From: a virus | Length of the DNA stretch: 39,768 bases | Direction: 5' to 3' (one strand) | Virus record (IMG/VR): IMGVR_UViG_3300020039_000041 | Shown here: one piece after another, positions 25,179 to 32,205 of the stretch | How the letters are laid out: every line of letters begins with the position of its first letter | Position numbering within the stretch: position 1 is the stretch's first letter | Program-made: the position numbers and the translations under genes | Notes under the pieces: generated by a model | Seen by the model: only the letters and a program-made list of their open reading frames with translations | Told to the model about the DNA's origin: nothing | Database searches by the model: none

Positions 25179-26510
25179 ATGCCTACAATCAAAAAATCGT
25201 TGTCGTCAAAGGTTGACGGCGACGGAAAGTCCGAAATCCTGTTGCGGTTCTCCGGAGGACGGGACGCCGTGTTCCGCGTCAAGTCCGGAATCCGGATTCC
25301 TCCGGCCCGGTGGAACGTCAAGGAATCCCGGATTATCATTCCCCGTTTGGAAACATCGGAACAACGCGACCTCGTCAAGGCGGCAAAGGAACTCGACGAC
25401 GTTTGCAACCTGTTAATCGAGGCGTACACGGCCGCCGACAAAACGACCGTGTCGCGGGAGTGGTTCGCCGACATCCTCGACCGATACCGACACCCGGAGA
25501 AAAACACGCCCTCCGGAGGGGATTTTTTCGGCGCGTTCGAAAAGTTCCTCAGCGACAACGAGTCCTCCCGGCCCCGGGAAAATCATTTCAAGGTATTAGA
25601 ACGACAACTCCGGCGGTTCGAACTGTATTCCGGCCGGGAGTGGGAACTCGACACCGTGTCGGCCGACGACCTCGCCGCGTTTAAGGATTTCCTCGTCAAC
25701 GAACACGCGATATTCAAGGACAAGAAATTCGAATTCATATACACGGCCGTTCCGGAGTCACGGACGCCGGGTCCCCGTGGTTACAACGCAATCGGAAACT
25801 CGTTGCGCCTGTTCCGAACGTTTTTCAATTGGTGTATCAAACACCGTTTGACGACGAATTATCCGTTCCGGGAATACTCAATCGAGGCCCCGGTTTACGG
25901 AACCCCGTATTATATCACCCTCGAGGAACGCGAACGTATCGCCGGGGCGGATTTGTCCTCCCGGCCGCAAGTCGCGACACAACGGGACGTGTTCGTCTTT
26001 CATTGTTGTATCGGTTGCCGGGTCGGGGACCTGTTGCGCCTCACCCGGGCGAACATTATTGACGGCGCGGTCGAGTATATCGCCCGCAAGACATCCGGCG
26101 AACGCCCGGTAACAATCCGGGTCCCCCTCAACAACACCGCAAAGGAAATCCTCGAAAGATACAAGGATTTCCCCGGTCCCGGCCTATTGCCGTTCATATC
26201 CTCCCAAAAGTACAACGACGCAATTAAAACCGTGTTCCGCCTCGCCGGAATCGACCGGGTCGTTACGGTCCTCAATCCCCGGACCCGCCGGGAGGAACAA
26301 CGGCCGTTGTACGAAATCGCCTCGTCCCACCTCGCCCGGCGAACGTTCATCGGGAACCTATACAAACAAGTCAAGGACCCGAACCTCATTTCGTCCCTCT
26401 CCGGACACGTCGAGGGGTCGACGGCGTTTTACAGGTATCGCAACGTTGACGAACAAATGAAACGGGACCTCGTCCGATTGTTGGACGAACCCGTCAAACC
26501 GACGGAATAA
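25179..26510 (+). CDS. int: Tyrosine recombinase / phage integrase (Bacteroidota type)
   Basis: The ATG at 25179 (MPTIKKSL) lies within ORF 25044-26510. Catalytic-domain residues appear in CCIGCRVGDLLRL (Arg), SSHLARRTF (HxxR) and GHVEGSTAFYRY (Tyr). Confidence 0.92.
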   Translation: MPTIKKSLSSKVDGDGKSEILLRFSGGRDAVFRVKSGIRIPPARWNVKESRIIIPRLETSEQRDLVKAAKELDDVCNLLIEAYTAADKTTVSREWFADILDRYRHPEKNTPSGGDFFGAFEKFLSDNESSRPRENHFKVLERQLRRFELYSGREWELDTVSADDLAAFKDFLVNEHAIFKDKKFEFIYTAVPESRTPGPRGYNAIGNSLRLFRTFFNWCIKHRLTTNYPFREYSIEAPVYGTPYYITLEERERIAGADLSSRPQVATQRDVFVFHCCIGCRVGDLLRLTRANIIDGAVEYIARKTSGERPVTIRVPLNNTAKEILERYKDFPGPGLLPFISSQKYNDAIKTVFRLAGIDRVVTVLNPRTRREEQRPLYEIASSHLARRTFIGNLYKQVKDPNLISSLSGHVEGSTAFYRYRNVDEQMKRDLVRLLDEPVKPTE

Positions 26511-26580
26511 ATGTGTACCTTTGACACGGGAAATTCTCCCTATTGGTTATTAGTTTTAGTGTTATTAATTATGTGGTTGA

Positions 26581-26616
26581 ATAACCCTCGCCGGGACCGC
26601 GAGGGTTATTTTTTTA
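26581..26616 (+). terminator. Rho-independent terminator downstream of int
   Basis: ataaccctcgc-N7-gcgagggttat (11-bp stem) followed by a run of 7 T. Confidence 0.8.
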
Positions 26617-26745
26617 CCTTTTTCGTGACGTCGCGAAAATGATTCCGGAGGCCCTCCGGGGCCGATTTCCTATTCTCCCCGAAAAAAAATTCAAATTTTT
26701 TGCAACTTTTTGATATTTGCATTTGCATAATTCAAAAATAGTGTT

Positions 26746-26753
26746 TACCTTTG
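26746..26753 (+). promoter_or_regulatory. TACCTTTG -7 box upstream of the accessory operon
   Basis: A consensus TAnnTTTG lies 32 nt upstream of ATG 26785, in an AT-rich intergenic region. Confidence 0.5.
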
Positions 26754-26784
26754 CCTTTGAAATAACGCACAAATTCATTTCATT

Positions 26785-27147
26785 ATGGCAAAAGCAATGA
26801 CAACCCCCGCCCTCGAAAGGGCCGTCCGAGAACTCAACATTCAAATCGAGGAGTTCCGCCTCGAGTCAACCCCGGAAACCCCGGACGTCGAATTGTACGA
26901 GGACGCGAACACAACCCGCCGGGTTCGTCCGAATTTCAAATTATACCTCAACGGTAAAATGACGTGGACCGAGGACGGGCGAACCGAGGATTACGAACAT
27001 TTCGACGCGGACGACATCCGCGACACCCTCAAATTTTGGAGGGCCTGTTTGCGCCGCGCCCGCAAATATTGGGCAATGAACGTCGACACCCTCGACGCAA
27101 TCCAAAACGGCGAACGCGAGGACATTAACGACGAGGAGGACGAGTAA
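26785..27147 (+). CDS. Hypothetical acidic protein
   Basis: 120 aa. No motif recognised. C-terminus is DINDEEDE. Confidence 0.6.
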   Translation: MAKAMTTPALERAVRELNIQIEEFRLESTPETPDVELYEDANTTRRVRPNFKLYLNGKMTWTEDGRTEDYEHFDADDIRDTLKFWRACLRRARKYWAMNVDTLDAIQNGEREDINDEEDE

Positions 27148-27884
27148 TGGAATACCTCGGTTTCGCAACTCAATTTTTCACCCTTTGGGAGGTGTCCCGG
27201 GAGTCCGTAACCTATTACGGCCGCCCGGCAACCCGCGTCGTGTGTACGTTCATTAAAAACGTGTCAAAGGACGAACAGGTCGCCCGCGCAAAGTATCCGG
27301 ACGCGCCGTTCGACGCAACCCTCCGGGGTTGTCGTTCATTCTCCCGAGTCGAGGTCGAGAAATACGCCGACGACGTGTTCGCGTTCGGCAAGTACGCCGG
27401 GACGCCTGTTGCCGATTGCGGCGACCTCGGTTATTTGTTTTGGGTCCTCCCGCAACTCGACGACGCCCGGCGCGTTATCGCCGAGGACGTCCTTGTCAAC
27501 TCCGGCAAATACGGCCGTTACGGGGACAACATTGTCGCCGCCGAGGAACTCGCCGCAATCGAGGCCGAGGACGAATATATCGAGGGCGTCGTTTCCGGGA
27601 TTATCGAGTCCGGCCGGGCAACGGTCGAGGCGACGTCGAACATCCATTTCGAGGACGAATACACGTCCGCCGCAACCCACGGAATTACGTTGACGTGGAA
27701 CGCGGCCGACCTTGCGGAATACTATTACTCCGGTTGTACGTATTACCTCCCGAAACAGGGTGACAAGGCAAAACGAATCAAGGGAAAGACCCTCGAGGTT
27801 TCGGTCGCCGATTACAACGTCGAACAATTCCCGTTCGGGAAACGTCTTTCAATCCGCGTCGCCGGATTTCAACTCAAGAAATAA
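27147..27884 (+). CDS. Hypothetical protein
   Basis: 245 aa. The segment FGKYAGTPVADCGDLGYLFWVL faintly resembles DUF3820-like motifs. Not assignable. Confidence 0.55.
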   Translation: MEYLGFATQFFTLWEVSRESVTYYGRPATRVVCTFIKNVSKDEQVARAKYPDAPFDATLRGCRSFSRVEVEKYADDVFAFGKYAGTPVADCGDLGYLFWVLPQLDDARRVIAEDVLVNSGKYGRYGDNIVAAEELAAIEAEDEYIEGVVSGIIESGRATVEATSNIHFEDEYTSAATHGITLTWNAADLAEYYYSGCTYYLPKQGDKAKRIKGKTLEVSVADYNVEQFPFGKRLSIRVAGFQLKK

Positions 27885-27930
27885 ACCGCGTCCGGGCGGT
27901 TCCCGGGTAACGCACAAACAACAACGCATT

Positions 27931-28377
27931 ATGAACGCAAAACAACTCATTTTCAACAACGCGAACGGGGAATTCGACACCCTTATCGCAAACGGTTATT
28001 ATTTCGCCCGTTCCGAGGGTGGCGCGACCGATAACGCAACCCTCAAATTCGAGGCGGAACAGGCCGCAAACGCAAACCTTATCGTAATAGGCCGAGGCGA
28101 ACCCGCGACAAAGTATTATTTCGACCTCCGCGATTGTTTCAACGCGGTTGTCCGCCGGGAGGGGTTCGACATCGACGCCCGCCTCGAGTGGTTGTCACGG
28201 ACCGTCGACGAGGTGCGTTCCCGTTGCGAGAATATCGCGGAACATTATATCCCCGAGGAGGACACCGCCGAACACGACGAACTCGGGAGGATTTCCGTTC
28301 ACCTCGGACGCCTCGCAAAACGCCTCCACGACCTCGCCGGGATTTATACGCCCGTTCAACATTTCGACAATGATTAA
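27931..28377 (+). CDS. Hypothetical protein
   Basis: The ATG at 27931 (MNAKQLIF) lies within ORF 27712-28377. The upstream part of that ORF overlaps the previous gene and is discounted. Confidence 0.55.
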   Translation: MNAKQLIFNNANGEFDTLIANGYYFARSEGGATDNATLKFEAEQAANANLIVIGRGEPATKYYFDLRDCFNAVVRREGFDIDARLEWLSRTVDEVRSRCENIAEHYIPEEDTAEHDELGRISVHLGRLAKRLHDLAGIYTPVQHFDND

Positions 28378-28594
28378 GACATCCAACAGGGGCGGCCGCC
28401 GGGAGGGTTCCGGCCGCCGCCCGACAAAGACACCCCGCGAGAACGTGACGTTCCGGGTATCGCCGGAAACAAAGTTCAAAATCGCCGCCCTCCGCCGGGC
28501 CGGGTTCCGCCTCGGGGAACAGGTCGACGCAATGGTCGAGGGCCTGTACGACACAATTTGTTCGGACGCCGGGGTCGGCCCGAACGATTTGTAA
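28370..28594 (+). CDS. Small ribbon-helix-helix-like DNA-binding protein (putative)
   Basis: 74 aa, from ATG 28370 within ORF 28148-28594. Has a basic N-terminus (RGGRREGSGRRPTK) followed by NVTFRVSPETKFKIAALRRAG, a beta-strand plus helix pattern. Confidence 0.45.
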   Translation: MIKTSNRGGRREGSGRRPTKTPRENVTFRVSPETKFKIAALRRAGFRLGEQVDAMVEGLYDTICSDAGVGPNDL

Positions 28595-28595
28595 T

Positions 28596-28625
28596 AAAAC
28601 CCGTCGGAATCCCGACGGGTTTTTC
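28596..28625. terminator. Bidirectional rho-independent terminator between convergent operons
   Basis: aaaa-cccgtcgg-aatc-ccgacggg-ttttt. Confidence 0.8.
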
Positions 28626-28701
28626 GTACCTTTGCAACGTCAATGAATTTGTAAGACATCCAATTTGTACCGGACCCGTTCCGCCGCGAGGCGCGACGGG
28701 T

Positions 28702-29046
28702 TCATTCTTTCCCGGTGTTCGATTCCGCCCCGGATTTGTGCGATTCCGGGCCGTTTTCGTTCGATTTCCCGGGGTTTTTGTTCGATTTGGTCCGGAACAT
28801 CGTTCCTGTTCCCAAAAGCAACCACGCGGGAGAAACGCCGTATTTGCGGCAAAGGTACGACAACCACGCCGGGCGGAGTATTGACCGCCCCGGTTCCCGG
28901 CGTTGTTTTAGGAAATTCGGTCGGTCAATCCCGGCCTCCTCGCAAAACCCCGACGTCGTGGTTCGGCCGTCCTCGACGAGGACCGCGAACGCCTCAAAGA
29001 ATCGGACCGTTACCGGGTCCCCTGTTTGGAATCCGTCGTTGTTCAT
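28702..29046 (-). CDS. CI-type HTH DNA-binding protein 2
   Basis: 114 aa, from the ATG at 29046. Contains FCEEAGIDRPNFLKQRR...WLSYLCRKYGVSPAWLLLGTGTMF and a low-complexity KSNxNPG tail. ATGA-coupled to the lipoprotein gene. Confidence 0.65.
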   Translation of the reverse strand: MNNDGFQTGDPVTVRFFEAFAVLVEDGRTTTSGFCEEAGIDRPNFLKQRREPGRSILRPAWLSYLCRKYGVSPAWLLLGTGTMFRTKSNKNPGKSNENGPESHKSGAESNTGKE

Positions 29047-29339
29047 TGTTTCGCCTGTTTGAGGTAATACATCCGTTCGGCCTCGTCCCGGTCCGATTTG
29101 GTCCGGCGGATTTCCGCCTCGACCGTGGACCGTTCCTCCATTAACCGGAGGACCTCGTCGTCCGGCGTTCCGGCCGGGAGGGATTCCGACAAGTTGAACA
29201 GGGAATCCCGGCGCGACTCGAGGGACTCCAACAGGGCCGAAAACGCGGCGTATTCGGGCGTTTTCTCGAACGACGGGGATTTCCCCCGGCAAGACATCAA
29301 AAGCGCGGCAACGGCCGCAAGAATCGCAAATCCTCTCAT
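29043..29339 (-). CDS. Small lipoprotein in the lysogeny operon (superinfection-exclusion candidate)
   Basis: 98 aa, from the ATG at 29339. Has a signal peptide plus lipobox (MRGFAILAAVAALLMSC) followed by a helical, charged region. ATGA overlaps at both ends. Confidence 0.6.
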   Translation of the reverse strand: MRGFAILAAVAALLMSCRGKSPSFEKTPEYAAFSALLESLESRRDSLFNLSESLPAGTPDDEVLRLMEERSTVEAEIRRTKSDRDEAERMYYLKQAKQ

Positions 29340-29782
29340 TTTCCGTCGGTCCTGTGGAACGGGGTTCCGGTTATATGTTCGATTATCGCAATAAGACGGT
29401 CGATTTGTGAAAGGTGGACCGCCGATTGTCGTTGTTCCTCCCGGAGGTACGACATCACCTCCGGCGACATAATGGAAACCTTTTGATTCCCGAAATTGGT
29501 GTAATCCCCCTCGACGTGGACGGGGAACGGGTCGGACGGTTCCGACCTCCGGAACATTGGCCCCTCGCCGGACTCCAACCAATCCGGGGAAATCTCCGGG
29601 AACGCCTCGAGGATTTTTCCGAACAACTTTTTCGGAACGTCGATTTGTTCGCGGACGATTTCCGAAATTGTCGCCTTGTCGGAACCCACAATTTCGGCAA
29701 AGTGGGATTGATTCCGGATTTTCCGGGAATTTTTGAGTTCGGCGATTAACTCCGCAACTCTTTGATTTTTAGACACATCCAT
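29336..29782 (-). CDS. CI-like phage repressor (HTH, no S24 peptidase domain)
   Basis: 148 aa, from the ATG at 29782 (MDVSKNQRVAELIAELKNSRKIRNQSHFAEIVGSDKATISEIV...ISPDWLESGEGPMF). Divergent from the early operon. Confidence 0.75.
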   Translation of the reverse strand: MDVSKNQRVAELIAELKNSRKIRNQSHFAEIVGSDKATISEIVREQIDVPKKLFGKILEAFPEISPDWLESGEGPMFRRSEPSDPFPVHVEGDYTNFGNQKVSIMSPEVMSYLREEQRQSAVHLSQIDRLIAIIEHITGTPFHRTDGK

Positions 29783-29799
29783 ATTTGTACAAAAATTTC

Positions 29800-29836
29800 T
29801 CCGAAAATAATGTTCGGAAAATTTGTTTGTTCCGAA
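29800..29836. promoter_or_regulatory. Operator cluster: three TTCCGAA/TTCGGAA half-sites
   Basis: tccgaa (29800-05), N7, ttcggaa (29813-19), N10, ttccgaa (29830-36). Located in the cI leader / divergent control region. Confidence 0.55.
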
Positions 29837-29877
29837 CAAAATGTTTAGTTTTGCAATCGGTTAACGATTTCACACCG

Positions 29878-29885
29878 CAAAGGTA
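29878..29885 (-). promoter_or_regulatory. TACCTTTG -7 box for the lysogeny operon (minus strand)
   Basis: The + strand reads caaaggta, which is tacctttg on the - strand, about 95 nt upstream of the cI ATG. Confidence 0.5.
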
Positions 29886-29953
29886 CGAACAATTTAACCC
29901 GCCGTAAATGGCAAATATATGTAATTTTTGAACGAAACACAAACAAATTGGAT

Positions 29954-30781
29954 ATGACCCTCGAACGAAAAGTCGATTTTGCAATCAAACTGTTGCGGTC
30001 AATTCCGACCGACGACGGCCCGATTGAATTGTCGTATTCCGGCGGCAAAGACTCCGACGTTATCCTCGAACTCGCCCGTATGTCGGGAATTCCTTTCGAG
30101 GCGATTTACAAGAATACGACAATCGACCCTCCGGGGACCCTCTCGCATTGCCGGGAACAAGGGGTTACAATCCTCAAACCGAAACTCACATTTTTACAAC
30201 TCGTCGAGAAAAAGGGGACGCCGTCCCGGTTCGCGCGTTTTTGTTGCGAGGCCCTCAAGGAATACAAGGTGTACAACCGCGCAATACAAGGAATTCGCCG
30301 CGCCGAATCCACCGCCCGGGCGAAACGATACCACGAACCCGAAATTTGCCGGGTTTACTCCGCAAAGGAAAAGGTCCGCGTTTACCTCCCTATACTCGAA
30401 TGGACGGACGAGGACGTCGCCCGGTTCATTGAGGAACGCGGTATCAAGTGCGCCCCGCTTTATTACGACGAGTCCGGCCGTTTCCACGTCGAACGCCGCC
30501 TCGGTTGTATTGGTTGCCCCCTTGCGGCCGACAACGGCCTCGCCGATTTCAAACAGTATCCTAAACTCCTCAAGCAAGTAATCGAGGCGAAAAAGCGGTT
30601 TTACGAAACCCACCCGAACGCCGGGAAAACCTTTGACCGGAACGTTTACAACGGATTGTATTTTCAATTCTTTTGCCGGAATCTCGACGACTACCGGGTC
30701 GCAATAGGGGGGGGTCTATTTCCGGAACAAGCAATTGACACGCAACAATTTTTGTCCGAGTATTTCGGAATCGAGTTATAA
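29954..30781 (+). CDS. PAPS/APS-reductase-family PP-loop enzyme with a CC...CxxC Fe-S motif
   Basis: The ATG at 29954 lies within ORF 29948-30781. The PP-loop is LSYSGGKDSDV, and the cysteines are ARFCCEALK and LGCIGCPLA. Confidence 0.8.
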   Translation: MTLERKVDFAIKLLRSIPTDDGPIELSYSGGKDSDVILELARMSGIPFEAIYKNTTIDPPGTLSHCREQGVTILKPKLTFLQLVEKKGTPSRFARFCCEALKEYKVYNRAIQGIRRAESTARAKRYHEPEICRVYSAKEKVRVYLPILEWTDEDVARFIEERGIKCAPLYYDESGRFHVERRLGCIGCPLAADNGLADFKQYPKLLKQVIEAKKRFYETHPNAGKTFDRNVYNGLYFQFFCRNLDDYRVAIGGGLFPEQAIDTQQFLSEYFGIEL

Positions 30782-30806
30782 CATAATCTTATAATCCCAA
30801 ATCATT

Positions 30807-31322
30807 ATGAAACACACATTTTCAATTTTCATCGTGAACCCCGCAAACGGGGAGTTCGTAACCCTCGCCGATTGGTCGAAAACCGAGAACCCCGCCTCCG
30901 CCGAATTCGTCGCGATTGTCCGCGAGGATAAATCCGGAATCATTATCGCAAGGGACCCCGTCAAGGTTGACGGCGAAATCAATTTCGAGTGGAAAAAGGC
31001 CGTCGAACTCGCAAAGGCGTTCAAACCCGCGACGGACGTTGCCGCCCTCGCCGTCGAGGGATTCCGCCTCCCGGACCGCCGCGAGGCCCTCGACATTTAC
31101 GACGCCCGTTTTCAAGGACTCGACGACGCCCTCGCCCTTATCGGCGGAACCCCTGTTCATACAGGCGACGCCCGTTGGATATGGACCGAGGACGAGGACC
31201 CGGACCCCGAGTATAACAGTAACTACGCGTTCCTCTTTAACGGCGGCAACGGCTACGTGGGCTACCACTACAAGTACTACGCGGGCCCGGTTCGTCCCGT
31301 TTCCGCTTTTCTCCCGTTTTAG
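30807..31322 (+). CDS. DGR target protein 2 (small DUF1566/CLec-like protein carrying VR2)
   Basis: 171 aa. FRLPDRREALDIYDA...RWIWTEDEDPDPEYNSNYAFLFNGGNGYVGYHYKYYAGPVRPVSAF. I see no obvious signal peptide or lipobox. Confidence 0.85.
   Translation: MKHTFSIFIVNPANGEFVTLADWSKTENPASAEFVAIVREDKSGIIIARDPVKVDGEINFEWKKAVELAKAFKPATDVAALAVEGFRLPDRREALDIYDARFQGLDDALALIGGTPVHTGDARWIWTEDEDPDPEYNSNYAFLFNGGNGYVGYHYKYYAGPVRPVSAFLPF
31208..31313 (+). repeat. DGR variable region VR2 (remote)
   Basis: Aligns to TR 21387-21492 with 17 mismatches, all at TR adenines. Confidence 0.9.
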
Positions 31323-31392
31323 GTTTTGAGGTTTAATCGTTCCCGGCCCGGTTCGCCCCGGCGAGGGGTTGACCGGGACGGGGTTAAAGACA

Positions 31393-31698
31393 ATGAAAAC
31401 AAACGTTATTCAACAAATCATTCTCGCCCTCGTTGGGTTCGCAATCCTGTTCGTCGGGTTCCTGTTGTTCATTTCCGTTTGCGGGGAACCCTCGCCGGAA
31501 TACAACGCCCGCCTCGAGGAACTGTTCGGTTGGTTTGCGTGGTTCGCCTCGCTTGTCGACAACATCCTCCGGGGCCTCGCCGGGGCCGCGTTAATGTGGC
31601 TCGGTTATAAGGTTTACCCGTTCCACGACGAGAAACCCGCCCCGGACGCCGGGAACGCCTCAAACAATGAATCATTAAACCCAATTCGCAATGAATAA
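31393..31698 (+). CDS. Small membrane protein (2-3 TM segments)
   Basis: The ATG at 31393 lies within ORF 31369-31698. Hydrophobic segments are IILALVGFAILFVGFLLFISV and FGWFAWFASLV...AALMWLGY. Confidence 0.6.
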   Translation: MKTNVIQQIILALVGFAILFVGFLLFISVCGEPSPEYNARLEELFGWFAWFASLVDNILRGLAGAALMWLGYKVYPFHDEKPAPDAGNASNNESLNPIRNE

Positions 31699-31927
31699 GA
31701 CACCAAACACAACCGCGCCGACAAAGGCGTTCCGAAAGGGCCTCCGGGAGGTCAAGGTCGGGGACGTCGACAAGGTCCGCGAGGACCTCAAGTCCGCCCT
31801 CGGAGTAACAACCCGTCAATCCCTCGCCGCGTACGCCGACGGAAAACGAATCCTCGACGTCGAAACGGCCGCCCGTATTGAGGCCGTGTTCCGCAATTAC
31901 GGCGTTTCCGCCTGTTGGGGCGAGTAA
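31691..31927 (+). CDS. Small hypothetical protein (possible DNA-binding regulator)
   Basis: 78 aa. Overlaps the upstream gene by 8 nt. No firm motif. Confidence 0.5.
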   Translation: MNKTPNTTAPTKAFRKGLREVKVGDVDKVREDLKSALGVTTRQSLAAYADGKRILDVETAARIEAVFRNYGVSACWGE

Positions 31928-31949
31928 CAACACAAACGCACATTCAACA

Positions 31950-32201
31950 ATGTTTACAAACGCACAACACCTCAAAACCGACGCGGTATTAACGCCCGCC
32001 GAAACCCGGGTCGCCGTCGGTTATTGTTATCGTTATGGGTTCATCGGAAAGGAAATCGCCGCCCGACTCAACATATCGTATAACACCGTTGTACGACATA
32101 CGCAAAACATTTACGAGAAAACAGGAATCCGCCGGACGACAAACGCCCTCGTTGCGTGGTTCCTTGCGACAAACTTTAATATCAACCTTTCATCCCTGTA
32201 A
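31950..32201 (+). CDS. LuxR/GerE-type HTH transcriptional regulator
   Basis: 83 aa, from the ATG at 31950. Contains LTPAETRVAVGYCYRYGFIGKEIAARLNISYNTVVRHTQNIYEKTGI. Confidence 0.65.
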   Translation: MFTNAQHLKTDAVLTPAETRVAVGYCYRYGFIGKEIAARLNISYNTVVRHTQNIYEKTGIRRTTNALVAWFLATNFNINLSSL

Positions 32202-32205
32202 CGAT

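Noticed and set aside
26614-26844. Minus-strand 76-aa ORF spanning the int-accessory intergenic region
   Set aside because: It is Cys- and Phe-rich with odd composition. It overlaps the terminator, the promoter box and the start of the + strand gene at 26785, and has no promoter of its own.
28714-28800. Degenerate tandem repeats of about 20 bp (gttcgattccg... / gcgattccggg... / gttcgatttccc... / gttcgatttggt...)
   Set aside because: They correspond to the low-complexity KSNxNPG C-terminal tail of the minus-strand HTH protein. There is no independent evidence that they are DNA-level binding sites.
28665-29749. Plus-strand ORFs antisense to the lysogeny operon (28665-29144, 28715-29062, 29098-29394, 29414-29749)
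   Set aside because: The minus-strand frames contain clear HTH and lipoprotein features and are translationally coupled. The plus-strand ORFs are Arg/Pro-rich shadow frames.
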